Shown: positions 1-11,655 of the stretch, in pieces | How the letters are laid out: each line of letters opens with the position of its first letter | Numbering within the stretch: the stretch's first letter is position 1 | Origin: Lama glama | Taxonomy: Eukaryota | Assembly: GCA_028534125.1 (NCBI GenBank) | Contig: CM052818.1 | Location: 17,486,001-17,550,000 of the forward strand | Length of the DNA: 64,000 nucleotides | Direction: 5' to 3' | Position numbers and translations under genes: made by a program | The notes under the pieces: model-generated | Database searches by the model: none | What the model saw: the letters and a program-made list of their open reading frames with translations, nothing else | Told to the model about the DNA's origin: nothing

Positions 1-567
1 TGCAAGTGACAATAAAAAACAACTGTACCCAGGGGCCTAAATCTCTTCTTAACAATTTGTTCAAGCAAACTGCTCACCAAAGATATATGCTCAGAATCCA
101 ACTAATGTTCAACATTTTGAATGTTTACTGTGTGCTGTTTTGTTTTTTTTTTCACTGCGTGCTTTGCACTGAGCTAAAAGCTATATATATATAAAGATAA
201 GAAAGATGAAGTGTCTATTCCCAAATAGCTTGTAGTTTAGTGAAAGAGCTAGCTGGGTAAAGAGAAAGTTAGAGTCTTAATATAGTAACTTTTATTGAAG
301 AGATGTAAACAGTGTGCTTGCTATGGGAGTACAGGAGTACTAGAATGAATTCTGCCCAGGTACCAGGTTTAGCCTCCCTCATGTGGTCCATTGACACTGC
401 ACCATGAGGAGCAGAAAAAAATTCTGTGTGTGGAAGGGCACACATTAAATTAAGGCTGTAACATATGCAAGGGTAAGAGTCCCTGAATGGCTTTCTATCT
501 AAAACCATTCAGGAAGTATAATTTAACTATGACCAGAAGCATGTCTGTACAAGCCAGTGCTCTCTCT

Positions 568-703
568 TCACTGTCCCGTATTGAACTAACCACTTGAACA
601 CTTGAAATGTGAGCTAGAATGACTAGGAAGTTACGTTTTTTTACTTTAATTTAATTTTAATTAAGTACGTCGGGGCTAGTGGCTACCATATTGGACAGAG
701 CAG
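568..703. mobile_element. MER3-like hAT-Charlie MITE
   Basis: ctgtcccgtatt...cacttgaaatgtgagctag...tttaatttaattttaattaa...ggctagtggctaccatattggacagagcag resembles the MER3 consensus and its inverted ends. Confidence 0.75.
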
Positions 704-719
704 GTACAGACAAAAGTCT

Positions 720-1150
720 TCAGGCCTAGGTAATTCTGGAGGATGTGAGAGAAGATTGTGGTCATGGTGAGAAGTCTGTGATTGAGTAACGTGGTGGATG
801 ATTCATTTATTTCAATGGCAGCTCAGGCACCAGTGTGAAGAAGATGGACTACAGAGAGAAGGGATGGTGGCAAGCTGAGAGATAAAATGGCCTGACAAGG
901 GCAGTGGCAATGAGTCTGAAAGAGCACAGGGACACATTCCGTAAATATAATCAGTAAAATTAGGTTACCAGCACCTGTGAAAGATAAGAGGCTGTAGAGG
1001 ACTCTTAACATCTTTAACTTGGAAAGTTTAATGAATGCCAATGCTTACTAGAAAAAAAATGAAAGAGGAGGAGTAGCTTTTGTAGAAGGAAGAGCAAATC
1101 CAATGTTTTAAATATTTAGTTAGAAATGACACACGGATATTAAGATGCCT
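720..1150 (-). mobile_element. Degraded L2 fragment
   Basis: Purine-rich antisense L2-like segments such as gagataaaatggcctgacaagggcagtggcaatgag and aaagaggaggagtagcttttg. Confidence 0.5.
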
Positions 1151-2507
1151 GGAGTTTCTTAAATTTTAGGGAAAAAAAGATGAAAATTAATAGAAGTTGG
1201 ATCACTTGAAATATGTTGAACGTATCTTTCGATCAAGAGATACATAACCATCCTAAAGTCGTTGTTAATGTACTCTCTCTTTTTATTCTGATTAGGGCAT
1301 CATTGTATACTCAAGGAAACTTTAATGAATGAAGCAAGTTTATGCATAGATTAGTGAGTAGAGGAGAGGCCTGGAAAGTACAAGAACCATCCTGGCACTG
1401 CCATTTTTTTTTTCTGGGAGCTTTGACAAAGTGAGAAAATGTGTCTATTTTCTTACATTTATACAACTGTTGTATAAGGGGTCGTGTTCTCCTGTATCAT
1501 TTGCTTCTCTGGGTACACAAATAGTCCATTTAAATTTTCCACCATATATAAGATGATTCTCCGAGTTATTTCCCCAGGATAGATGATTAATCGTGAGGAT
1601 TACATCTCTACTTCTTCACCAGCAGTTAAGCAAAATGTCCACTCTTTGTCTCTGTGGGTCAGTCATCATCTGAAGTCTTAACTTCATTCCTGTCCCAAGC
1701 AGGTGGCTCCAGTGGATGAAAAGTGGGTTCCACCAAGTGAGCGATGCCTGTGTATGTTCATGACATCAGTTTCTCTAGCAATCACTTGTTAAAGTCAAAT
1801 TTGACAAACAATAAGCCACTTCTTCTGTGGCAATGACTCTCCCTCTTTCTGCTCCACTATTTCAGGCAAAAGCTGTGCCTTTGCTTAAAGGCTTCTATTT
1901 GCACTACTTAAAGTTGTACTCTTAGGGAACTCTTAACGTGAACTTGAAAAATAGGCTTTCAACCTAGTGGTGATTATACACACTGTATATTTAACCCTGC
2001 TTTGGCACATTCATACCGGAGGAAAGGCAGAGTTTGCCAGTATGGACTGTCTCTGAGTCAGTGCTCCTTGTGGACCTAGGATATATTATATTCCTCAGAA
2101 CTGGGGGGAGTCCTCAGGCAGTAATTACAGGGCAGTCTTTAAAATGACAAGTATTTAATCATACCAAATGACAACACTTTGCTCCTGAGAATCTGATTAA
2201 ACCTTGTGTCTCTCTGTCCTTTGACAGTGTGAACATCAGCATCAGCGACACTTTCCGATTGCAGTTCTAAGTCACATGACAGTTAAAGAGCAAGAAAGGA
2301 ATATACCAATGCTTGGGACCTTTCCAGAAAGCCGACTGGCCCTCTAGACAAGCAGGTGCATGGCTAGTACTCAACATGTGTGCAGGAAAAGGAAAGCAAC
2401 TAAACTTAACCAAACGATGACGAGACTGACGATGAGAGCCATTTAGCTGTTGGAGAAGTTGGATTCTGTATTCTTGTCCTTCGTGTATTGGTGTGATAGC
2501 ACAAATA

Positions 2508-2700
2508 AGTGCTAACAGTTATTGAGCAATGTAGCAAGGGCTCTGCTTAAATTAAAAAACTTGCTCTTTAAATCAATTCTATGAAGTAGAGACCAATATT
2601 AGCCTTGGCTTTGTTAACGAGGACACTGACCCACAAGGAGCTGAAGTGACTGACTCGGTCACATACTCAGTAAATGGTGGTGCTGTCTGTCTCTGGAGCA
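2508..2700 (-). mobile_element. MIR SINE
   Basis: gctaacagttattgagc...ctatgaagtag...gaggacactgacccacaaggagctgaagtgactgactcggtcacatactcagtaaatggtgg is antisense to the MIR core. Confidence 0.7.
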
Positions 2701-5700
2701 CACATTATTAGTATCCTAACAATCTTTGGAAGTCTCTAGGTTCCAAATGACTTTTACAACTTTCAACAAGTATTAGTTTATAGATACTCATGGGTATCAG
2801 ATTCTCATCCATATTACTTTTGTTTTCTAAATATGCTTCTGCTTCTGTAAATATATTAGTAAAATGAGTGTGAGAATAGAGGCTTCTGAAAGTCAGCAAG
2901 CACCATTCTCCAGAATCATAAGGCTGGAGGACCTATAGAAGGAACATTGCAGGTTGGAAATAATCTCAACTCTCAAATGTCCCACTGCAACTCAGTATCC
3001 ATTTCACACCCAGATTCCATCTGTCAGTTAGGATTTCTTTTACCAAAGGTGAGCAGCACGTGTACATCCACCTCACAGGCTTCAACCACAAGCCTGAAAT
3101 CTCTCAAGTGCTTTCAAAGCCACTGTGGAATCTCCAGCTATAACTATTTTGTATTTGCTTTCCCTGAAAGAAGAAATCCTGTGGTTAAAGATTCCTTCAT
3201 AGTAGAAACTTGTTTTAACAATGCTCAAGTCAAGACTAATTGAGTAGCTTTTTCCTTATTTTGCAAGTGATTTAGGGAATGAATGCAGTCCCATGGGAAG
3301 TTTACAATGGTAAGAATGGCGGTATAGTGAATGAATTCTGGGTGGCTAAGATAGTATTTGTGATGCAGGTTGGAGTTTTATTTTGTCCTATCTAAGTTCA
3401 TATTACAACCAAGGCATTGATCAGTACTAATTTCACTAACAGCTTGAAGAATCACCTCTTCTCCAGATGTATCTTCTGTGGTTCACATGCCCTCTTTAGC
3501 TCTCTTTTACACTGGATATTCAGGTGTCCAGAAAGAGACTCTATCTGTAGAGTCAACTAAATGTTTTCTTTTCAAACACAGTTAATTTGGATTTTTCAGT
3601 TATCCAGGTATCTTAAGAAAAGTTATCTGTACACTGCTACTGGTGCCAGCTCTGTAGCTGGTGGAAGTGTAGCTGGACGAGATTAACTGTTCATAAGAGG
3701 ATTTGATTCATCCTTTTGTAGTCAATGTTTAGCTATTCCTTTATTTGTTCTATAAACATTCATTTATAATATTGTTTGCAATGTGGGTAGGTGCTGTGGA
3801 GAAAGATAAAAATAAGACAAGTGCCTTGCCCTCTAGGTGTTTGCAGTCAGCTTTTCCTGGGAGTCTGTTAAGGCACTGACTTGAGAGAATGCATCACCAC
3901 TCAAGTTTCCCCCTGGCTGTGTGCAATTATTGCAGTCTTGATAAAGAGAAATTTGGATAACTGCAGCACTTGCTGAAACTCTGACCTTCTAAAGATCCTA
4001 GATGTGAGAGGGGTCTTTTATCATTTATCTGAAGTACCTAATATTTACAGAGTACACACCAAATAGAGCATCTGTGCTGAATGTCAGAGGGGAAGCAAAA
4101 TGAGACAGAACTAGCAACATTTTTTTCCTAGCACACTCTTTATGTAAGAACTAAATATAGTTTAAAAGTTTACAATATAAAGTAGTATCAGTGAGATGAG
4201 TGGTAGAGAGTATAAATGCTAAATACATTCAAAGGTTAGGAAAATGTTGTCCCAGACAACTGACTTAAGTGTGGAGACATAGAATTTCAACTGATAAACA
4301 ACACAAGGAGAGGAATTTCAGATGGAGTGAGGTTTTGTAACATGCATCAGCAAAAGAGTGTTATACAAAGAACTCGGTTTGTATGTATATATATATTGGC
4401 CTATACATATATATGCGCATATATATTTTATACTTATATGTATGTGTAATATATATACAACTTCTGTGTAAAAGCTTTGTTTATTGAAATAATTTTTAAC
4501 CTAAATATAAAAGCAGCAGAAGTAAAAATCAAACTACTTTTGTGTGATCCCCTGTTGCTCTTGGGATTTAGGCTCAGGCAAATAGCAAAATTAGGTTTCT
4601 ATCTCACATCCTTTCATTCACTAATGTATTCATTCACTCAGTACTTAAATATGCCCAGCCTTGTGTTGTGTGTTTGACATTAGGATAGCCCTGGATAGTA
4701 AAATAACTCGCCAAAGGAAAGCATCAACATGCTAGATAGGATTTGTCCAGAGAGTGATGGGAAGGCCACGTGATTCTGCTGAGGGGTTTATGGACTGATT
4801 GTACAAATGTTATCTGAGTTCTTGGAGCTACTAACTACTGCCCCCTCCACTCCAGGCATTCCAGCTAACTTAAAATTTGCATGAGTCTTTCTACAATAGT
4901 GATTTGAGTTTAGCTTATCTCATATTTTTTCCAGCATATTCTAGTTTTCATTTCCACAAACTTTTTCCAAAAGATATTAGAGATAAATTTGCCTCTTACC
5001 ACTAATTTGTTCTATCTGTTTAAGTTAAAGATATATTACTCCCTAAATAAAGATTTATGACTAAAGATATCCTAAAGATACATTACTCTCAATTTCCCTA
5101 GGCAGAATCAAATGAAATTACTTTGTCTAAATCTGATATGCTAAGTAATTCTAAAGTGTAACTTTAGAAGGAAACCATTCTATGTTTAATTGTAAAACGT
5201 CTGCACATCTTGACAACCCAGAGAAAATAAAATTGTGTTTTTGCAGATTATGACATACTTGGAGAAATATTTTCATGATAAGGTATTGGCAGAAAAATAA
5301 AAGACTCATAGGGAGTATTGAATGAGAGCTCAGTGGAGAAAAAGAAATGCAAGGAAAAGAGAGGGAGTGTGAGGGATATAAGGAATGACATAATCTCATA
5401 AGGATTCATGATTCAAAGAAATGAACTAAGGCCAAATACATATGAGAAAAATAATTAATGATGAAAAAGATGTAGACTACAAAATGAGGAATCAGAAGGC
5501 GTTATCACAATCCTGATCAGAGAAGGAATAATACTTCTCTCCCAGGGGTAGGCATTGGCCTGCTCAGTATTTTAAGTTTTAATTGAGAGTCTCGTTGTCC
5601 ATTGACCAGATCTCTTCTCATTTATTTTCACAGCAATCTTGGGTAGCAGAAAAGTCATCATTTAGAAAACTGTAATAGAATTGATGACTTATTTTCTTAA

Positions 5701-7197
5701 GATATTTTGCCTACTGTACATAACTCAATAAATGTAACTATTACGAATTAAATCCTTCCTGTGTAAACTGCTCCTCTTCTTTTTTTCCATATTTTTTTTG
5801 TCCAGCCTCGCATCTCTGCTTTCTGCAGCACTTTTTTTTTTTTTAAGTGACATCAGGGCATAACACTGTTACAGGATTTGAAAACTGAACCTCTGGCAAG
5901 TTGAAAGTACCTCCAATTTAGACCAGATTTCTGACTTGTAACGTTAAATTTAAAGCTGTCAGAAAGGACGATATCTTTAAACCGGTATTGTACTTTCAAT
6001 GGGACCAGAGCCAGCTCTGTATTTCAGAGTTCCTTTGGTGAACAGTAGGACACTTTTTTCTCTTTGATTTTATTTCCTAAATCGAATTCTTTCCCCCAAA
6101 TGACGGAGAAGGCTTTTACACTTTTATTCTTCAGAAACACAGTCTCTACTCCTTCTACCCATTCCAGTGGAAAACTGCTGCATTTTGTAACTGGAAGATT
6201 GTCCCTTTTATTATTGGAAGCTTATTAAGAGTAATTAAAGTCAAGATTCCCTCCACTCCCTGCAAATGTTTACTTGAAAAAAAGGTCAGATTTTAGTCAC
6301 CTGGATAGTGGAGAAAATCCAATAGAGGTGGCAAGCTCTCATCAACATTATGCAATCAGAAAATGTGTTTTATTAACCTGCAATTCCTTTCTTGATGGAT
6401 GAGTAAGACCTGATATAAAAAAGAATTTCATTTAGCTTTTTTTTTTTTTTGGTTTTTAACCCTAGTCTGATGAGTTTAAGACACCATGTTTCTTTCCCTT
6501 TGGTATTTGCATTTGAAGACTGATTTCAAAAAAGTGAAATAAACAAAATGCTAAGTTTCAGAGGAATGTGTGGGAATATTTTGCAGTGTGGGAGGATCAT
6601 TGAAGTCTTACCAAAAGACGGAAAGCTGCTGTAAGGTAACTCTATGGGTAGAAGCTGTCAAACTCAATATATAATTGTAAAGTAATACACAACTTCAATT
6701 GTATGATAATGATGTCATTATTTATACCATCAATATAATATATATGTATTAGATATATAATTAGTAAGAATAGCTACACATGTATAACTGATGATTTTTC
6801 CATTTCAAGGGCTTATTCCATTTGGCAAGCCCGACATCTTTTGCAGGCTGGTTATCTTTCTGACATGAATTTTAACTGCAAATTGAGTAAGGGGATTTTT
6901 TAAGATTGTAGGTATCCCTTTTTTATCTTCAGATTTTAGTTAAATGGAGTTTTAATATTAGAATCTAAAAGTTAGAATAACATTTAAGAATGCTAACATG
7001 TTAAGGCTTTTACAGATTCAGTGAATCTCATCTTGGTGCGTGTCCTTTCTAGCATCTCCTTGGGGCACCTCCTTCGTGGTCCCTACCTAGAATCCCACTA
7101 ATGACATTAGTAATGGCATTGTAAAGGATCGGGTTCCCGGTGTTATTCGTATGTATAGTTATTTGGGGAAGGGGAATAACCTACCTTAATGTGAGAT

Positions 7198-7460
7198 CAG
7201 CTTTCCCTGTCATCCAGAAAACACTAGCTTGGGTAGATGTAATCTACTTCCTAAAAACAAGTGTTCTATGATCAAATGAGCTCTGGGAAACTTAAGTCCC
7301 ATTTGTGGAGAGTCGTAATAGACTTGGCCATATAGAATTCTGAAAAACACTGTTAAAAACCTTACTGGCTAAACTTAGATTAGCAGATAAGCCATCTAAT
7401 TTACTTTCCCAGGGAAATACTTTTTTTCTGTTAACATGTCCTACAACACATTTTCCTGTT
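7198..7460. mobile_element. MER103-like hAT-Charlie fragment
   Basis: aacactag...gtgttctatgatcaaatgagctctgggaaac...ggagagtcgtaat...ttctgaaaaacactgttaaaaacc resembles MER103C. Confidence 0.55.
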
Positions 7461-8959
7461 ATGATAATCTGGGATCTGTTTCACATCAAGGGCATATTCC
7501 ATTTGCTATGTACCATTAAAAAATCTCATGCAAAAGATTATGGTACAGTGACATTTAATTTAACTAAAATACTTGGAGAAAGAGGCAGTTTGATTTAAAT
7601 TAAGGGTTCAGAGGAATCATTTAAATATTTGTATTGTTAGAAATTATTATATATAATTATATCTTTCTATTTTGTATTTATTATTCTAGCAAGTATTTTC
7701 ACATTGATTTTGAAGATTTAGGGCACTATAAAAGTCTATAATTCCATTCTGTCACTGATAACTATTGCACAGATGCTAAGCTGTAAGAAAGTAGACAGAA
7801 TGTATACTTAACATATAAATATGATTTAATCCTACTGAACTTTTAATTTTTTTAATGAAACTAGAAGTTAGGAAAAATCAGTTAATGAAGTTTTGGTCAT
7901 CTGTGCTCTTGCCAGTTGAGGTTTCTTTATTGTTCTTGCATATTCTTCCTGATATAGTCCTACGTGCTGTTGAATCCACTAAGTAACTATTGACAATCTC
8001 ATTTTTGCAACAGACTGACTAATTATTGGATGAGTATAGGAAAAAAACCTGATTGGAAAATGTTAACTTAAGGAAATTGACATAATGTAGTGATATACTT
8101 CACAGTACAAGGGTTGATATGTCTGAAACATTATCTCAAACTGTCTTACAGTATTTTTTCTAAGTTGTTTTAGGAGTTTGGAATATCTCCTTAGGAATGC
8201 AAAGGCACTATTGTGGTTGGTACTTTTTGAATGGTCATGATGATCTCAGTTGTCATTTTAATCTTCTTCCCTCTCATCTCTGACACACACATAAAGAGAT
8301 AGCTTTTCAGTTACCTAATGCTTATTGAACATCAGTTTCACCAATTGTTTTTCTAGGACACTATTTTTATCATTTTTTTCAACTTCCCAAAATGTGTTTA
8401 CCAGTTCTAGGAAAGCAATAAAAGTTTAGTTCCGTCAAGCTGTTTTGTGGTCCCTAAACTATTCATCAAATTCCATTGTGGGAAATGTAAAGTAAAACCT
8501 TACCTATCCTCAGCACCATAGGTAACTTACTAGGAGGTAAACAGAATTTCCCCTGAACCATCAAATACATATAAAAAATTCACCTTCACTCTACTCATAG
8601 AAGTCTTTAATTTCTCGTATCCTGAGTATTTGATTTTAGCCCATGCATGACTCCAGAGTATTAACTCCAGGGCATTATGCTGTTTCTGAGCCCAATGTAT
8701 GTTAGAGGCAGTAGCAAATCAAAGAGGTGAATGGGAGCAGCCCACATTCAGGCTTTCTGGCTGCAGTGGTCAGTAACAGCTAAGAATCTAAGCAGCTAAA
8801 CAAGAAAGAAACCATTCCTCCTCTTCTACCAAGAAAGGGCAGATTTGAGGATTTTTTTTTTTAAATTATGGCTCTGCTAGATGGGATTTTGCCCTGGAGG
8901 GGGAAAATGGTATGAAAGACCTATTTCTGTATCAACTGACAAAATGGAGGTATAGATGG

Positions 8960-9308
8960 TAGATTAGATCAAATAATGTGCTGTATTGTGTTGATAACTC
9001 TACTGCAATTATATAAGAGAATATCCCTCTTTGGAAATAGATTGAAATATTTAGGGGTAGAGTGTCATGATGTATATAATTTACCGTCAGTGGTGGTTAA
9101 GAAGAGGTAAGTGTGTGTGTGTGTGTGTGTGCGTGTGTGCACACGCACGCGCGGGTGCAGAGAGACAATGAGAGAACAAATAAACAAATGGAGGAAAATG
9201 TTGCTGGATGAATCTAGGTAAAGGGAATATGGGGATACTTTTTGGTTGTTTTGTTTTTGCATCTTTTCAGTAAGTTTGAAATTATTTCCAGATAAAGTTT
9301 TTTTTAAA
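8960..9308 (+). mobile_element. Old L1M (L1MC4/5-like) 3' end with an embedded (GT)n tract
   Basis: gaaatatttaggggtagagtgtcatgatgt...ggaaaatgttg...tgaatctaggtaaagggaatatggg...cttttcagtaagtttgaaattatttccagataaag. Confidence 0.7.
9111..9152. repeat. (GT)n/(GC) alternating purine-pyrimidine microsatellite
   Basis: gtgtgtgtgtgtgtgtgtgtgcgtgtgtgcacacgcacgcgc read directly. Confidence 0.95.
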
Positions 9309-9627
9309 ATCATGGTTTATTGCACAGTACATATTCAAAATATGTTCTTTTGTATTTTTTTAATTCCCTTATCCAATAGCATATATTCATAATGATGGTA
9401 TTAAGTTATCAAGTAATATCCAGCATCTCATACTTAAGAAAGCAATGCCTATATGATTCACTTCAAGGATGTTTCTATGACAAATAATTAAACTACCATT
9501 TTAAGTTTAGGATATTAGAGGAGACACCTTCAACCCCTAGACAGCGTGGCTACAGATGTATGTCCTATCACATTGTGTATAGTGTTACATAAACTTTTCA
9601 ATAGCATAGTTGAACCAAAAGTAGGTA

Positions 9628-9943
9628 CAGATGGCCCTTCATATCCATGGGTTCTGTATCCACAGATTCAACCAACTACGTATCGAAGATATTTTGAAAA
9701 ATTTCAGAACATTCAAAAAAATCTTGAGTCTGCCTTGTGCTGGCGACTGTTTGCATAGCATTTACCTTGTATTCAGTATTGTAAGTAATCTAAAGATGAC
9801 TTAAAGTATATGGAGTATATGCGTAGGTTATATGCAAATACTGATTCATTTTATATAAGGAACTTGAGCATCCTCAGATTTTGGTTCCTGGGGTTGAGGG
9901 TTGGCGCTAGAACCAACCCCCAGCAGATACTGGGACACGACTG
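9628..9943. mobile_element. MER2-family (TcMar-Tigger) MITE, near full length
   Basis: ta|cagatggcccttcatatccatgggttctgtatccacagattcaaccaac ... gaaccaacccccagcagatactgggacacgactg|tg: degenerate terminal inverted repeats, TA on the left, typical internal agtaatctaaagatg...ggttatatgcaaatact. Confidence 0.88.
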
Positions 9944-10023
9944 TGTGCAACATTTCTAATACTTTTTTAAATCATTTTTCTAATGATAGAAATTATCAGT
10001 GGTACCATCTAATATTACTCTTC

Positions 10024-10193
10024 TTTTTTTTTTACTTTTTTAATTGAAGTACAGTCAGTTTACAATGTTGTGTCAATTTCTGGTGTACAGCACAATGCTT
10101 CAGTCATACGTGAATATGCATATATTCGTTTTCATATTCTTTTTCACCATAAGCTACTACAAGATATCGAATATAGTTCCCTGTGCTATACAA
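10024..10193 (-). mobile_element. Short young L1 3'-UTR fragment (cetartiodactyl/camelid type) with poly(T)
   Basis: ttttttaattgaagtacagtcagtttacaatgttgtgtcaatttctggtgtacagc...aagatatcgaatatagttccctgtgctatac; clearly homologous to copies at 24005, 39842, 42340 and 43620. Confidence 0.88.
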
Positions 10194-10476
10194 CTCTGTG
10201 TCTTTTTATTTTCTTTCTTACAGCCTTATTAATTTTTACTGGCCTGGTTTAATGAGTAATTTACATATGTATGTGTATATATATATTGTATACACACACA
10301 TACATACATACATACATAATTATTCCACATTTTAAATCAAAGGTTGTGATTTGACGGAGTTGGCTTCTTCCCTATCCTCTTAGTTCAGATGCCCATTTTC
10401 TCCCTCACTGTGATGCAGGAGATACCTTTCATGAGACTGAAATGGGGATGATCTTAGAGGCGGTGCTCATATAATC

Positions 10477-10491
10477 CCTGTAGGTGGCAGT
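10477..10491 (+). promoter_or_regulatory. Candidate CTCF binding motif
   Basis: CCTGTAGGTGGCAGT matches 14 of 15 positions of the core consensus CCASYAGRKGGCRSY. Motif only, no binding data. Confidence 0.5.
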
Positions 10492-11199
10492 ATCTGCCAG
10501 AGCTTTTGTGTGGCACTTCTTTTCTCCCTGGCTTTCTGGTTTCTCTCAGACTATTGTCTTGGGCATTCATGAAAATTCACAAGGGCCATGAATGTTGACA
10601 TGTATGAAATAAAGGGGCAAAGATACAGACAGAGCAGAAAGGGGGCAAGGCTTGAAATTAAAGGGAAAATAACAACTAACAAATGTGAAGAGAGCTAACC
10701 GGTTGATTCAGAGTCCCCACGTTGCTACTAAGTTAAAAGGAACAGAAACTGTATTTTGCAGATCCCAAAACTATCTCCTGGGCCGAGCCTCTTCATCAGC
10801 CTCTAAAATCCACATGGCTATAATTTGAAAGATAATTCTGCTATAATTGCATCAAAGTAGGAATGATAGGGAATAATTTATTTCTCACTGAAGGAACCAA
10901 GATTACGTCAGCAGCTTTCAGAGGCCAATGTTTTGCTTTGAAAATGTATCCTAAGGATGGAAATGGAAGATGAGAAAAAAATATAGCCATAGTTTTGAAG
11001 AATGTTAACATATTTTTGTAGGATTTTTATTGGAGTCTTATCAGAATTAGTATAGATGCTGTAAAACTTTGCAGTGATTTTGAAGGTTAATCAGTAAATC
11101 CATTTAAAAAAGTCTGGGCAAAACACTGCTTACCCTAAAGTGTAAGCACTGATGGTCATCAATAAAGACACTGTGGTCTAGATAAGAAGCCAAGATATA

Positions 11200-11655
11200 A
11201 TAAGTCAATTATGATGTGATAGTTAAACCAAGCAAAGAAAGAGAGGTCACATGGGGAGTGAAGGAGATGGACGGCAGGTGCTGTCCTGAGAAGAAGAAAT
11301 TAAGTTTGGAATGCATGGTTCCAGGAGGAACTTGGCTGTGAAGGATGAAAAGAATTGAGGTTGGTGAAGAAAAGGTTTTAAGGCATTTGATCTTGGGTGA
11401 ACACGGGGTTGGAGGCTGGCAACAGTCCTGCAAAGCTTTAGAAAACAGGAAGTAGCTGAGTCTGATTGATGGAAGTGGATGGCCTGTGTCCAGGAGGAGT
11501 GGGAAAATGGGTGAAACAGTGGAATAGAGCCAAACTGTTACATAGCTGATTTACATACAGCCTTGGACGGATCATGAGAAGTCATGTAAAATTATTTTTG
11601 CAATGGAGTGAGATGATGAGTGGGAGCTTTTTAAGGAAGATTAATCTAGCTGCTG
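11200..11655 (-). mobile_element. Degraded L2 fragment
   Basis: ggaggaacttggctgtgaagg and ggagtgagatgatgagtgggagctttttaaggaagattaatctagctgc resemble antisense L2. Confidence 0.5.

Noticed and set aside
10070..10252. Apparent small peptide family (MSISGVQHN..., also at 23953 and 39701)
   Set aside because: The shared sequence is the antisense L1 3'-UTR repeat, not a gene family.
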